Assembly (NCBI GenBank): GCA_963575745.1
Contig: CAUYUJ010000226.1
Span: 434,001-498,000, forward strand
Direction: 5' to 3'
DNA: 64,000 bases
Origin: Prorocentrum cordatum
Taxonomy: Eukaryota
Part shown: piece by piece, positions 15,509 to 27,700 of the stretch
How the letters are laid out: the number at the start of each line of letters is the position of its first letter
Position numbering within the stretch: position 1 is the first letter of the stretch
Program-made: the position numbers and the translations under genes
The notes under the pieces: model-generated
The model's input: the letters and a program-made list of their open reading frames with translations, nothing else
Database searches by the model: none
What the model was told of the DNA's origin: nothing

Positions 15509-15556
<48 letters not shown>

Positions 15557-15662
15557 CATGTATGTATGTATGTATGTATGTATGTATTGTATATATATAT
15601 ATATACATATATATATGTATATTTATACATATAAATATGTGTATATATATAGATTGTTGTTG

Positions 15663-15707
<45 letters not shown>

Positions 15708-18700
15708 TGTACTTGTCGTCTCCGTCGCCGCCGTCGTCGCCGTCCGTCCAGGGCCCCCCCCCGCTTCGAGTAGCGGTCACGGGGGGGCATCCTGGAGGGG
15801 CGCGTTCTGTCTCCCTCCCTGGGTTCTGGGGCGCCCCCCCCCCGCCGCGGGAAGCGGTCACGGGGGGGCGTTTTGGCGGGCGCGTTCTGACCACCTCCCC
15901 TGGGCCCTGGGGCACCCCCCTCCGCCGCGAGGAAGCGGTCACGGGGGGGGCGCCCTGGAAAGGTGAGCTCTCGACCCCTCCCCGATCCTCCTCACCGCAT
16001 TCTCCCTCCCGCCCTCCTCCTCCAGCGCTGTTCGGCTCAAGCAGCGCCGTTCGGCTCAAACCAGCGCCGGCGTCGGCAGTGGCACGGGCTCGCGCCTGCG
16101 CAGGATGGACAGATAATTACACGTATTGGCAAATATGTGCGAAACGGCGGCCCTGGAGGAAGCAGAGAAACATAGGGCCGCAGTTGCGGAGCCTCCATGA
16201 GGCAAAGACGGCGATGGGGCAGCTCGTGGATGGTGGGGCGACCGCGGTGGCGGACGGGGCGGCGAGGATGGCCGCAGTGGTGGATGGCAAGGCGGAGATT
16301 GGCGCAGTGGCGCATGGCAAAGGGATGGATGGGGAAACGGCGACGGAGTTGACCGCAGTCGCGGATGGGAGTGCGGCGGCGGAGGTTGGCAATGCGGAGA
16401 GGAGGGTGGCGGCGGAACTCATGGCGCCAGTGGAAGTTGGGAGGGCCGCGCCAGCGGCGGAGGAGAGGGCGCAGGCAACGCGAGCAGGACCGCTGGAGCG
16501 GATGGGAAGACGGCCGCGGGAGCGGTTGGGAAGGCAGCCGCTGGGGCGGATGGGAAGGCGGCCGCGAAAACCAATGGCAAGGCGCAGTTGCGCACGTCCA
16601 AGGAGAGGGCGCCCCCGCAGGGCGAGCGGCAGACGACGCGAAGGGCAAGGGGAAAACCGCAGTGGCGCATGTCCCAGGTCGAGGAGGTGCCGCAGCTGCG
16701 GACGCAAACCGCCCTGGGGTGTACACGTTGGAGTACTTCCAAACCTACGCTTTGCGCTGACATGGCAACTATAAGCAGCACAACGCGGCCTTGAAGTACT
16801 ACCGCGAAGAGTACGAAAACCCAGCTGACCCCTTCAACAGCCGATTTCCTGTTTTTGACCCCGCAGTTGTGGAGGCGATTTCGCGCATTATCAAGCGCAA
16901 AGGGCGCGGAGGGGCGCAGGACAACAGGGACTGGGAGTGGGGCCGCGCAGAACTGGCCCCGTGGTCTTGGCTGCAGCTGGTCGCGCAGATGGATGCGGCC
17001 GCAATGGAACTCGTCGTGCGCGGCCCTGACAACGACCGCAGTCGCGGATTAGTCAGGTGCGAGATTCGGCCGTGCCCTGGCAGTTACGACCACAATAGGC
17101 ACGCCAAAGGGGTGGACAGAGGAGAAGCGCAGGCAGTCCGCTTGCCCGCGTGGGATTTCGTTCTCACCCGCGACGACGGCTCAGGCATTCGCGTTCACCC
17201 GGAATGGTCCAGTCCGAAGTTCAGCCTGCGCGAGGTTGAGCCTCACTGGGGGCCCGTGCAGCCCCCGGGGGCGGGCCCCGGCAAGAGCGAGGGGCGCGGC
17301 ACGTACGCGTACTACAAGAGATTGCACGCCGTGCCAATATCGGGGCGGTTCGACGCAACCAAAGGAGCTGGGCTACAACCGAGGTGGGAGAGGGCTTGAA
17401 ACCGCAGTTGCGGAAACCGATCACGTGACACCGCGATCCTTTCACTCACTTCGCGCGTCGTCGTCCGCAGTTGCGGTGCCCCCGCTCGCACCCCGCGTGC
17501 GCCCGCCCGCAGTTGCGGCGCCCGCTCGAGTGAACTCCGCAGGCGGTTCGTCCGCGCATCACGCCCTTTGAGTCAGTCAGCAATTATCTGGGCTTGTCCG
17601 CAGCTGCGGCGCGCGGCTTCTCGCGCGAAGAGTCACGTAGAAAAACTCAACGGCTCATCTTGTCTTGCTCTTGTCGTCGCCTAATTAATTGTCTCTTCTG
17701 GATTCCCCTTCGTCAATGTTAGGCCCGTTGGTCCCACTTTGTCGTCTTCTATCTCTCCTCGATTCTCCTTCGTCGCCCCCCTCCTCCTCGTCCTTCCCAG
17801 TCCTGTCCTACCACGCTTGCGATCTTGAGGCCGCCCTCGGTGTCCTCGTTCCCTCCGTCGTTTTCCTCGCTGTCCTCTTCGTAATTGCCAATCCTGGCCT
17901 TCGCGCCCGTCGCCCTCTTCCTCATTCGCCGCAGCCGTGTCCGAGCATCTGTTGGGGGGGCGCGCTTCTCGCGGCGGCATGCCGCAGTTGGAGGCCACGC
18001 ATGAGGAGATGCTGGCGGCGCTGAGGGGCCGCCTGCAAACGCGCTCTGCAAGGGGGGGGAACCGCAGTAGCGAATCCCCCCAGCGAGGCCACACAGCGGA
18101 GGAGGAGCAAGCCGCAGTAGCGGATCCCACCCCGCGGCGCAGCCTAGCCGCAGTAGCGGTTCCCCCGAGCGAGCGCCGCGCGAGGCGACTTCGGCGTCGA
18201 GTTGCAGCAGGGATCGGCGGCGGCCGCCGCCGACGGGCGCAAGTTCCTCCGCGGCGCAGCCGCGCGAGCGGTCTCGGAGTGCCCCGAGGCGCAGGGAGGC
18301 GCAGTTGCGCCGCGCGCACGGAGCTCCCACTGGGATGACCGTGGGGGCTCCTAAGTGGATAGGGGGGTTAAATGTGGATGCCAAGGTGGGTTATATCTGG
18401 CCCAACCTGGCTTATAAGTGGGTTACAAGTGCCCTACGTAGCTTAGGGGGTTAACGATCTGGGCTAGGTGGGCTCCGCCCACTTAGCCGAGTTATCGACC
18501 CCTCCCAAGCTACTTAGGGCCCGTGTAACCCACTTATAAGCCAGGTTGGGCCAGATATAACCCACCTTGGCATCCACTTCTAACCCCCCTATCCACTTAG
18601 GAACCCCCACGGCCATCCCAGCAGAGCGCAGTTGCGCGCGCGGGACCCGACGCCGCCAGTTGCCAATGCTTCCACCAGGACCGCAGTTGCGCGAATACCT

Positions 18701-21700
18701 ATTAGTCCGTTTGACGCGGCAGGTCCGACCGCAGTTGCGGGAGTACCTCTCTCTTCGTCTTCGCCTGGGCCCGAAGACGAGGCCGCTTCTAAGGAGACGG
18801 CCGCCTCGGCCACTGCCCCCGAGGACAAAGCCCCCGCGGCCACGTCGAAGGCTCGGTTCGCGCAGAAGAGGCCTCGCCCTGTGGCGTCTCCTACGTCGCC
18901 TCCCCTGCAGCTTCCCTCGGAACCGCAGTCGCGGGGCAGCGCGGAACCGCAGTTGCGGGGCTCCGAGGAGCCACCGCGCAAGAAGCAGCGGACCCAGGGC
19001 ATCAGGTGCATGGGGGCAGCGCCCACGTGGAACCAGGGGCTCGCCAGGACAGAGGACGGCCTCCCCGTGCCGTCCACCCCCGCCATGGCTGTGAACGTGC
19101 TGGTCATCACTGCCGCGGCCACCAAGCAAGACGTCTTCGCCGCTGTCGATGTCCAAAAATCGGGAATCTGCATCGTCGCGCGGGACATCGAGGTGCTTCG
19201 GCCTCGGGAGGAACCGCAGTCAGCGGACCCCGCGCCCCTTCATGAGACTTTCCACGGCGCCGTCGTGGACGCCATCACGGCGAAGAACACGACCGCCAGC
19301 AGCGGCGAGCTGTATTGGATGATGGCGGAGCTCTTCGACAAGACTGGCCTCGTTGTGCGGCGCCCGCACTCTGCCGCAGAGGCCGCAGTTGCGGCGTCAG
19401 TCGTTGGGGCCATCCACGCCCTCACGATCGTACGGTTTCGCCTGAAGGGCAACGAGAGGAATCCTGCCGCGGTGCTCGGTTTTTCCGCAGTGACCAGGCA
19501 CGCGCTCCCCCATCCTCTTCAACCGAAAATCACGCAAGCAGAACACACACGTTTGGAGGAGTCTTTCGTGATGGAAGCCGTCGAAACCATCCATGCCCAA
19601 GATGTTCGTTTCCTGTGCGGCCTCTTCGACGTCCCGCCAGAGCAGTTCTCTGACTTCTGCCGCAGTTGCGGTGCGAGCTACAAGAGCCCGGTCGGAGTTC
19701 CGTTCCGCGCATGGCCCGCCCTGTTCGGAGGCATCAGATCTGGCACACGCGGCATGCATCCCTTCTTCATGGCCCCCATTGGCCCGAGCGACGCGCGCAT
19801 TGCAGACTGCCGTACCGACAGCGCAGGGCAGCACGCGGATCATGAGCCTCTCTGACTCCCCTACTGGATTCTTCGCACTGCCGAGTCTCTCATCGCACGG
19901 CGCTGGGTTGCACCTGAGCGCATGCCCAAGTGGCGGGAGGACAGTGACCGCAGTAACGGAATACGGCGACGCCTCGGCCTCCAAGCGCTGCCCCCCATCG
20001 GCAAGGTCGTTCAGAAGATGCTCTACCCCAAGACTTTCCAGGACCACTGGCGGGAAGGCGCCCACCAGAACATCATCTTCCTAGGGCACGGGCGAAGCGG
20101 CCAGAAAGGGAAGCACAACCAGGAGAAACCGCAGAGGTAAGCGGACCCGCAGTTGCGGGCGTTTCTTCCTTGCGCCGTACTTCTTTTTGCACGCGCATGC
20201 CCGTGGCGGACTCGGCGCGCATAGCCGCAGTTGCGGAACGATGTGCTGGGAGGGCCCGCCGTTGCGGCGTCAAAGGCTTGCTGGCTGCTTGAGTGCATGT
20301 GTCGGCGTGGGAAAGACCGCAGTTGCGGCTGGCGTTGGCGGAGGGCCCGCAGTTGCGGCGCGACCTGGCGCAGGGAGAAAGAATGCGTGCCCTTCCTCGG
20401 GCGCAGGGTGCCCATGAGAGCAAAAGGCGCGCAGGGAGGGGGGCGGCGGTGGTAATTAGGGTAACTATGTACTTGTAGTGGTCGTGGTACTGGTGGCGGT
20501 AGTGCTAGTGGTAGTGGTATGGTCGTGGTAGGAGGGTCATTGGTGTGTACTGGTAGTGGTCGTGGTACTGGTGGTGGTAGTGGTAGTGGCACTTGTAGGT
20601 GTAGTCCTAGTAGTACTAGTAGTAGTAGTCTTATTAAAAGTAGAAGAGCTAGTAGTAGTAGTCCTAGTATGTCTGGCCCATTGCTCTTGCTGAGGTCTGA
20701 GGTGAATCGTTTGGTCTCCGAAGTGGTCGGAGGTTAGTCGTTCGGGCCCCTCAGACTGACGGGCCCGGACGACTCACGCCCGACCGAGCATCCGCATCAT
20801 CATCATCACCATCGCCAGCATCACCATCATCATCATCACCACCCACCATCATCATCATCATCACCTCCACCACCAGACCCAGACCAGACCCTGACCAGAC
20901 CAGATTTTGAAACATGCCGCAGAATTTTGGGCTCGGGAAGTCTTTGGGCCCCTCACCCTCAGCCAGTGCCACAGGCGACGCACTTGGGGCAGTTTTCCTC
21001 AGTTGCGGAAGTGTCTGCCGTGGGCGCGGCTCGGTGCAATGAGCGACAGCTTCGGGAAAGGCGAGCAAAACGAAAAGGTGGGAGCCGCAGTGGCGGACGG
21101 ATCGCGGGGGATTTTCCAGAAGGCCACCGCGATTAGGGCGAAATTCAGGGACGGGAGCAAGAAGGTGCGCATCCCCGTGGTCTTGCTGGCCCCGCACCTG
21201 AACAAACGGGGCGGCCACTACCCTCAGCAGGAAAGGGTTCGGGAGTTCGCTGTGGAAATCATCGTGTCTGGGTTTTCGCAAGCGGAAGCCGACCACGAGG
21301 GCGCATGCGTCCAGATGTTTCCGACTCGAGAGCTGATGGAGAAAAAAGCGAAAGATTCTGCGTTCGAGACGTGCACCGAGCACAATGTCAAGAAAGCGAC
21401 AGGGCACCTCGCTGCGTGCTTCGACCGCAGTAGCGGGTCAGACATAGCGTATGGCAAGTTGTAGCATTCCCACTTGTGCCTCGTGTTGCGGGCAATCGCT
21501 GCAGGGGCCCGGCGGCCCATCCCCGCGGGCATGGAGTTAACGGAGGAAGAGCGCGCCAGGCTGCAGCGCGTGCTTGATGAGACTGGCAACACCAATATGG
21601 CCGCAGTGGTGGAATACGACGCTGTGGCCAAGAAGCTCACGCAGGAGGGCATGCTCATGGAAGTGCTCAGCTGGAGAATCATGGTCGAGGAGCCCACTGG

Positions 21701-24700
21701 CGCTTCCCTCATCAGCCAGTCGCTCAATAAGGGGGCGGACTTTGCGATGCGAGCGACTGAGGTTGCAGCGCTCAGCGTCCTGCGCAAGGCTGTTGACGCA
21801 GCGTTCGACGCCGCAGTCGCGGACCAGGTGGCCTTTGAAGGCGTGAGGACGTCAGTGATGCTCGAACTCGATCGTGTCCTTCAGGACCCCGGCTTCATTG
21901 AATTGTTTTCGTTTGTCGTTGGGCTCGGGAGCACGAAAGCGCAGTTCATCCACCTACTGCTCCAGTTCTGCGAGGTGTGCGTGAACTCGAAGAGAAGGGC
22001 TCTTCGGCTCGGTGCCTTTGGGATCGCTGCCGCGCTTCGCGACCACGTTCCGTGGGTCAAAATTGCGATTCTCATGCGATGCTACCGGAACGCGCCTCCG
22101 AAGATGCGCGGGGTGACCACCGCCGTGTGGTGCCCTGATCCAGAACCAGCCTGGGCGAAGAGTGAGACGCTGGACTTCTTGCAGGACATGAACGCCGTTC
22201 TCCGCATGTACTATCGCACGCTGAGCCCCGCCCTCCAGGACATGGGAAAAGGACAAGGCTTTGGAGTTCAAGGCGAATGTCGGCATACTGACCGCGGACA
22301 GCTACGCGCAGTACCTGAAAGGACACCTCGCCGAAGGAGCGACGCGTCATCGAATTTCGACATGCGCTCGTCCGCGCCGGCAGGGATGCGACGGAGCTGC
22401 TGCAGCCGAAGACCCACGCGGAAAAGCTCGCGAAGGCTGTGGGAGAGTTGCCTGTCGGAAACGAAAAGCCCGCTTGGTTTGATTTCAACGCGTTGCCGCC
22501 CGCGGACGCCGACAAGCCCGCAGTTGCGGGAAAGGCAACGGCCTCCAGGGAGGACGAGTTGGAGCCGAGGGTCATTTCCTTTGATCCCAATACGCACTTA
22601 TCCACAAACCAACATGACTGCAGGGACGCTACGGCCACGAGCCTCGGATCCTTCTCATTGCCAATCGACGAATGGAAGTGTTCAGCGGCAGCCCAGGAGT
22701 TAGGGCAGGAGCCTGCTCTTGCAGGCGCAGTCTTGTTGTGTCTTTGGGCGCGCCACAAGTCTGCAGTTGCGGAAGAGAAAGTGGGCGCGCTCCAAGACGC
22801 CGACACGGGCAAGCGCACCGCCCAGGCAACCGCCGCACACAAGGCACACTCCATCGAATTGTGGCCGTGCGCCCCAAAGGCGTCCAAGCTGCTGTCCACG
22901 AGCGCGCGCCCCGAGAGGGTGCCAGTGCAGGTCTGGGTCAAAGGAGGACCATATGCGCCTTCAACCAAGACCTTCTACCTGCTGCCAGAGTTCAAGCCCC
23001 CCTGCGGACAAGACGCCCGCCGAGGTGGCAGACCACGATGTGCGGTTGAGAACGTGGAACTGGGATGTTCAAGAGACAGTGCACCTCTTCTGGGCCGTCA
23101 ACAGAGTCACGCAGCAAGAGCTCCACCAGAGGAACGAGCGTATTGGAAGCGCAGTTGCGCGTGTCAACATGGAGCTCCAGGATGAAGAGCTGGCCGTGTG
23201 CGTTCCAGGACCAAGCGGGCTAGTGGTCGCCGTGAAGCTGCCCGCGCTGGTGAATACTGCGGACATCAGGCCAGGAGAAGAACTCCTTTGGGAGGCGAGG
23301 CCCAAAACCGCACAGAAGAAGAAGGCGGTCGAGGAGACGTGGAGGACGGATGCGAACAAAAGAGCAAAGGGCAAGGCTTCGGGGCAACCGCCGTCGAAGA
23401 AGACGAGGAGTGGCTTCGACGATAAAGGCAAGATGTCGCTCTAAGAAACCGCAGTGGCGGTTGCTCTACGAATTCGTTCCTTGATTCGGTGGTTTTCCGA
23501 AACCGCAGTGGCGGGTGTTCAGGCGCCGCTCGCTGCTGAATCATATCGCTTGCGACCGCAGTGGCGCAGTGCTGCAGTATTGGCTTGTTTGGTTAAGGAG
23601 GCCGTTAAGTGTCGCCGCAGTCGCGGATTGCTGACGTCCACGCACTGAGGTACGACCGAAGCTCTGAGTCCCATGCGGAAAAAAGTGTTGCCTTCAGTGC
23701 TGTCGCGCCTCTTCCGGGGAGCACGTGAGCGCCCTCCTCGCGCCATCTGGGCGCCTCCCTCCGCCCCGCCCCGCCCCCCGCCCCCCTTGCGCGGGAACAG
23801 CGAGCAGCTCATCGGGCCGCGCGGCCGCCCGAAACGCCCCCCCGGGTGCAAACGTTCAAAGCAGTCCCAGGGGACTGCTTTGAACGTTCTCGCAAAGGAG
23901 GGCCTCGGGGGGGCGCGCGCAGACGGAAGGGCGGCGCATGCGCGGATGGGGGCGCGAAAGTCGATGTAGGGTCTCCCCGCAGATTCAGTCCAGGCGCCGT
24001 CTGGCTCAGAGCGCGCCACTCTCGGACGCGACCTTGCTGCCCGCGCGGCCCTGGTTTCCCGCAGTTGCGGTAGGGTCATCCGCAGTAAGCGGACATGGGT
24101 TCTCCGAGCGAATGGAGCCCTGTGAAGGCGCAGATGGCCTTTAGCATCCACGGGGGGCGGCTCCCGCAGACGACCCCCCTCCCAGAGAAGGACGTCAGAG
24201 TGCTCGACGCAGGGCCCCTCGGGCCAATCACGTTCGTGCACGTGAACATGCAGAAGAAATGGTTGCTGAAGGTGTGCGCGAGGGGTAAACCAACGGCAGG
24301 AGCGTTGAAGGCCTCCAAGGTCTAGCAGGACCTCAAGGACACACCGGCGAAACAGGAAGGCGCCGCAGTTGCGGACGAGGAGAGCGACGATGAGAGAGAT
24401 GGCGAAGATGACCCAATGATGGCCTTGGTCAGTGCTTCGGGGGCCACGAAGAGGCAGGCCGCGACTGCGACGCCCACCAAGAAGCAGAGGACGGGAGAGC
24501 GTAGCTCCATAGATTGCCTCGAAGACTTGCTTGCCAAGAGGCGAGGCTGCGGACAGACGCGCGTCCGCTGTGCACTGCGCGCAGATGCCCGCCAGGAGCC
24601 AGTTGAAGTTTCCAGACGACAAGGTCGTTCGCCACGTGCGGGGGGCCAGCTTCAAGCGGCGGACGCTGTGGCTCGACGCTAAAGACCTTGAGCGATTGAT

Positions 24701-27700
24701 TTTGACGATCATGGACGACGTGAGCCTCGACGGGGTGCCCGACATCACGGACGGCGATAAGGGCGAAGCCGCAGTCGCGGACGGCGATAAGGACGAAGCC
24801 GCAGTCGCGGACGAGCCCCCCGTGGCGCAGGGAAGCGGGGCTGGTTGTTACACCGGCGCATGGAACTTCAAAGGCGCTTGGGTGACCACCATCACGCGCG
24901 AGTGCGCCAACCGCGGCAAGACGATCGAGATGGAGGTGAAGAAACTGACCAAGAACAAATGGGGGACAGCGAGGGATGCAAAGGCGTACGACTACGACTG
25001 GGTCAGAATCACGGACGAGCAAAGGAAGCAGGCGGCCCTGGACTACCTCGACGTCGTCGCCCCGTCTCTCCTGCTCTGAGCTCGAAACCGAACTGGCCGC
25101 AGTTGCGGCGACGCCGCAGTTGCGGGGCTGAACGGGGGCGCGGGCACTGAGGCACTGAACGCCGCAGTTGCGGGGTTGCCTTCCGAGGGCCAGAAGTCGC
25201 TTGTCTTTTCGAGGGGTTGGGGTGTTTCACGAGAACACACCCCCGCGTGCATACTGGGTGCACGCAGACGCAGAGCTTCGTAGAGATGCATACAAACCTT
25301 GTGCGCGAGATGAGTGGGGCTTCCGCGCGAGCGGTGTTCAACAAATGTATGTGTCTTTCCCTGCGCCTTTCCTTTCTCCCCTTGCTTCCTTCCCCCTCCT
25401 GCTAATTAATTACCCTTGCCATTTGTTATCCTTTCCCACCCACTCCCGCCCTTCACTGTCATGCCCGCAGCCGCGTGCCAGGCCCGAGCCGCTCGGCACG
25501 CGGACGCCCATGGACGTCCCGGTGGGCCAAACATGGCACGGCCACGAGGACGGCGAGCACTTCGAGGTGGAGTGGCTCTGTTATGACAGCGGGGCGCCAC
25601 CGAGGAAGACTAAGTACGGCACCACGGGGGTCGCGAACATTCTGAGCCGCACTTGCGGCGGTCATTGCCCCAAAAAGATAAAAGGTGCACGCTTGTGCGG
25701 ATTTTCCGTGCACGGCGAAGTGGTCGTTGTCGCAGTGCGGCGACGTAGAGCCGCCTAGTTTTCACCTGCGGCCAACTACGTGGCGGCCAGGCGCAGCTGG
25801 ACCGCCCGCAGTTGCGGCTCCCGCAGCGGCAGCAGCAATTCCAGCACCAGCAGCAATTCCAGCACCAGCACCAGGAGCACCCGCTGCAGCAGCGCCAGCA
25901 CATGCCCCCGCAGCGGCAGCAGCAGGTCAAGATCCTGCGGCAGCGCCCGCAGTACCACCACTTCCCCCTCCAGCAACAGTGCTCCCTCCAGCAGCTTCTG
26001 CACCCGCCGCGGTTGCGGCTCCCGCAGCACCAGGAGCAGCTGCATCGGACACCGCCGCCCCCGCAGGGCCATCAGCTCCTGGCGATCCTGCGCCGAAGTC
26101 AACCGCGCCCGCAGCAGAAGCACCTCCTCCACTGGCAGAACCCGCAGTTGCGGGTGGAGCTCCTGAAGGGGTGGCAGCTGGCACGCAGGCGCCACTTGCA
26201 GCGCGCATGCCACCAGCGCGACCGCTGGAGGAGAGCTGGTCCAAGGCGCAGGTCGCTTTCTTCCCCTGCCCAGACCCGCGGGCAGCAGCCGCAGTGGGGG
26301 CGCCCACTGCCGCGGCCTTGCGCCCGCGGGTCGCGGCGCCACCCCTGGCACCAGAGACAGTAGTACCCCTGGAAGACGGCCCAGAGATGGAGGCCGCAGT
26401 GGCGGCGAGGGTGCCTGACAGAGTTATGGCGCTCATGAGGGAAATCCTGTCGGAGGGTTCCTACATAGGACACGCGGCATTCGTGCCATTTACCTTGCGG
26501 TTCGGGCGTCGACCGTACATGTGGGAAGGCGAAAACCGCAAGGACATCCTTGCCTTCTATGCGCCCTGGGCCTTGGCGACGTGCACTGAGCCATGCGCCG
26601 TCGACGGCGTGGCGTGCGCACTTCACAGGGGATCCCGCAAGACCGCGGAGGCTTGGGCGTGGGGGGCGCAGGACCTGTGGCCAGTAACTCCTGAGCACCC
26701 TCTCCACGAGGTGCGCCACTGGGTGGCCGCAGTTGCGGTGGGTGCGCCGTGCACGGAGGGGGTGGGCCCGTTGAATGAGTTTTACGGGCCTCTAGGCCAG
26801 TGGATCGCTGGTACCATTTGCGATGGAAACTGCGGCGTGGACCTGATGGCCATGATGTTGCAGAAGCCGCTCAATGCCGAGACGCGCAGGTGGCTGCGGG
26901 AAGAACTCTACGAGTTCGGAGTAGCCCGCTGGGGCGTGCCACGGTTGCACGACGTGCTCGCAGTGACGCAGGAACTCGACCTCGAGGCTGTGAACGCGCA
27001 CCGCAGTTGCGGGGGCAGTGGCCCTCCCAGGCCCATCGTCCTGGACGGCGCCGGGGGCGAGGGCAAGCCAACAGAAGCGCTCGGGGGGCCAGGCGCGCCA
27101 AGCCCCCTCCTCATGGAAGCGTTGATATGGCAAACGGGTGTGAAGGGCGACGGGGCGCTGTTGGCCATGGCTGCGTCCATGGCAGAGGCGTCGCAGGAGG
27201 AACAGATCAGGGCGCGCGCACTGGCCCGCGCGCGCCCGAAGCCCGCAGCTGAGCCTGATAAGCGCAAGATATGCCCGCGCACGCTCCGAGACAGGCAGTT
27301 GGTGTGCCAGGCGTTGGAGAAGCACGCCCGCAGTCGCGGTTGGTTGGGCGTTGGCCCTCTGCCACGTAGTTCGCTTGTGTCGTTTTGCGGGCGGTTCGCG
27401 TGGCCGAAGGGCTGGGGGTTGGCCCGCCAGAGGAAGACGGTTGCGCAGTGGTTCTACAGGGGGCGCCAAAAGATGCAAGGACCGCAGTGGGCGCAATTGG
27501 CCAGCGCCGCGGCCGCGGCACGCAAGGCGCGCCGACAAAGGCTCCATGGTTGGAGGCCGCTCTATACGAATGGTGGTCCCACATGAGGTATTCGGTGGAC
27601 TGGAAGCGGCGGCGAAGCGAACCGCAGTCAGGGAAGAGAAGCCCAAAATGCTCGCCAGGTTCTCCCAATCCTTGCTGCTCACCAAGGCGAAGCAACTCGT

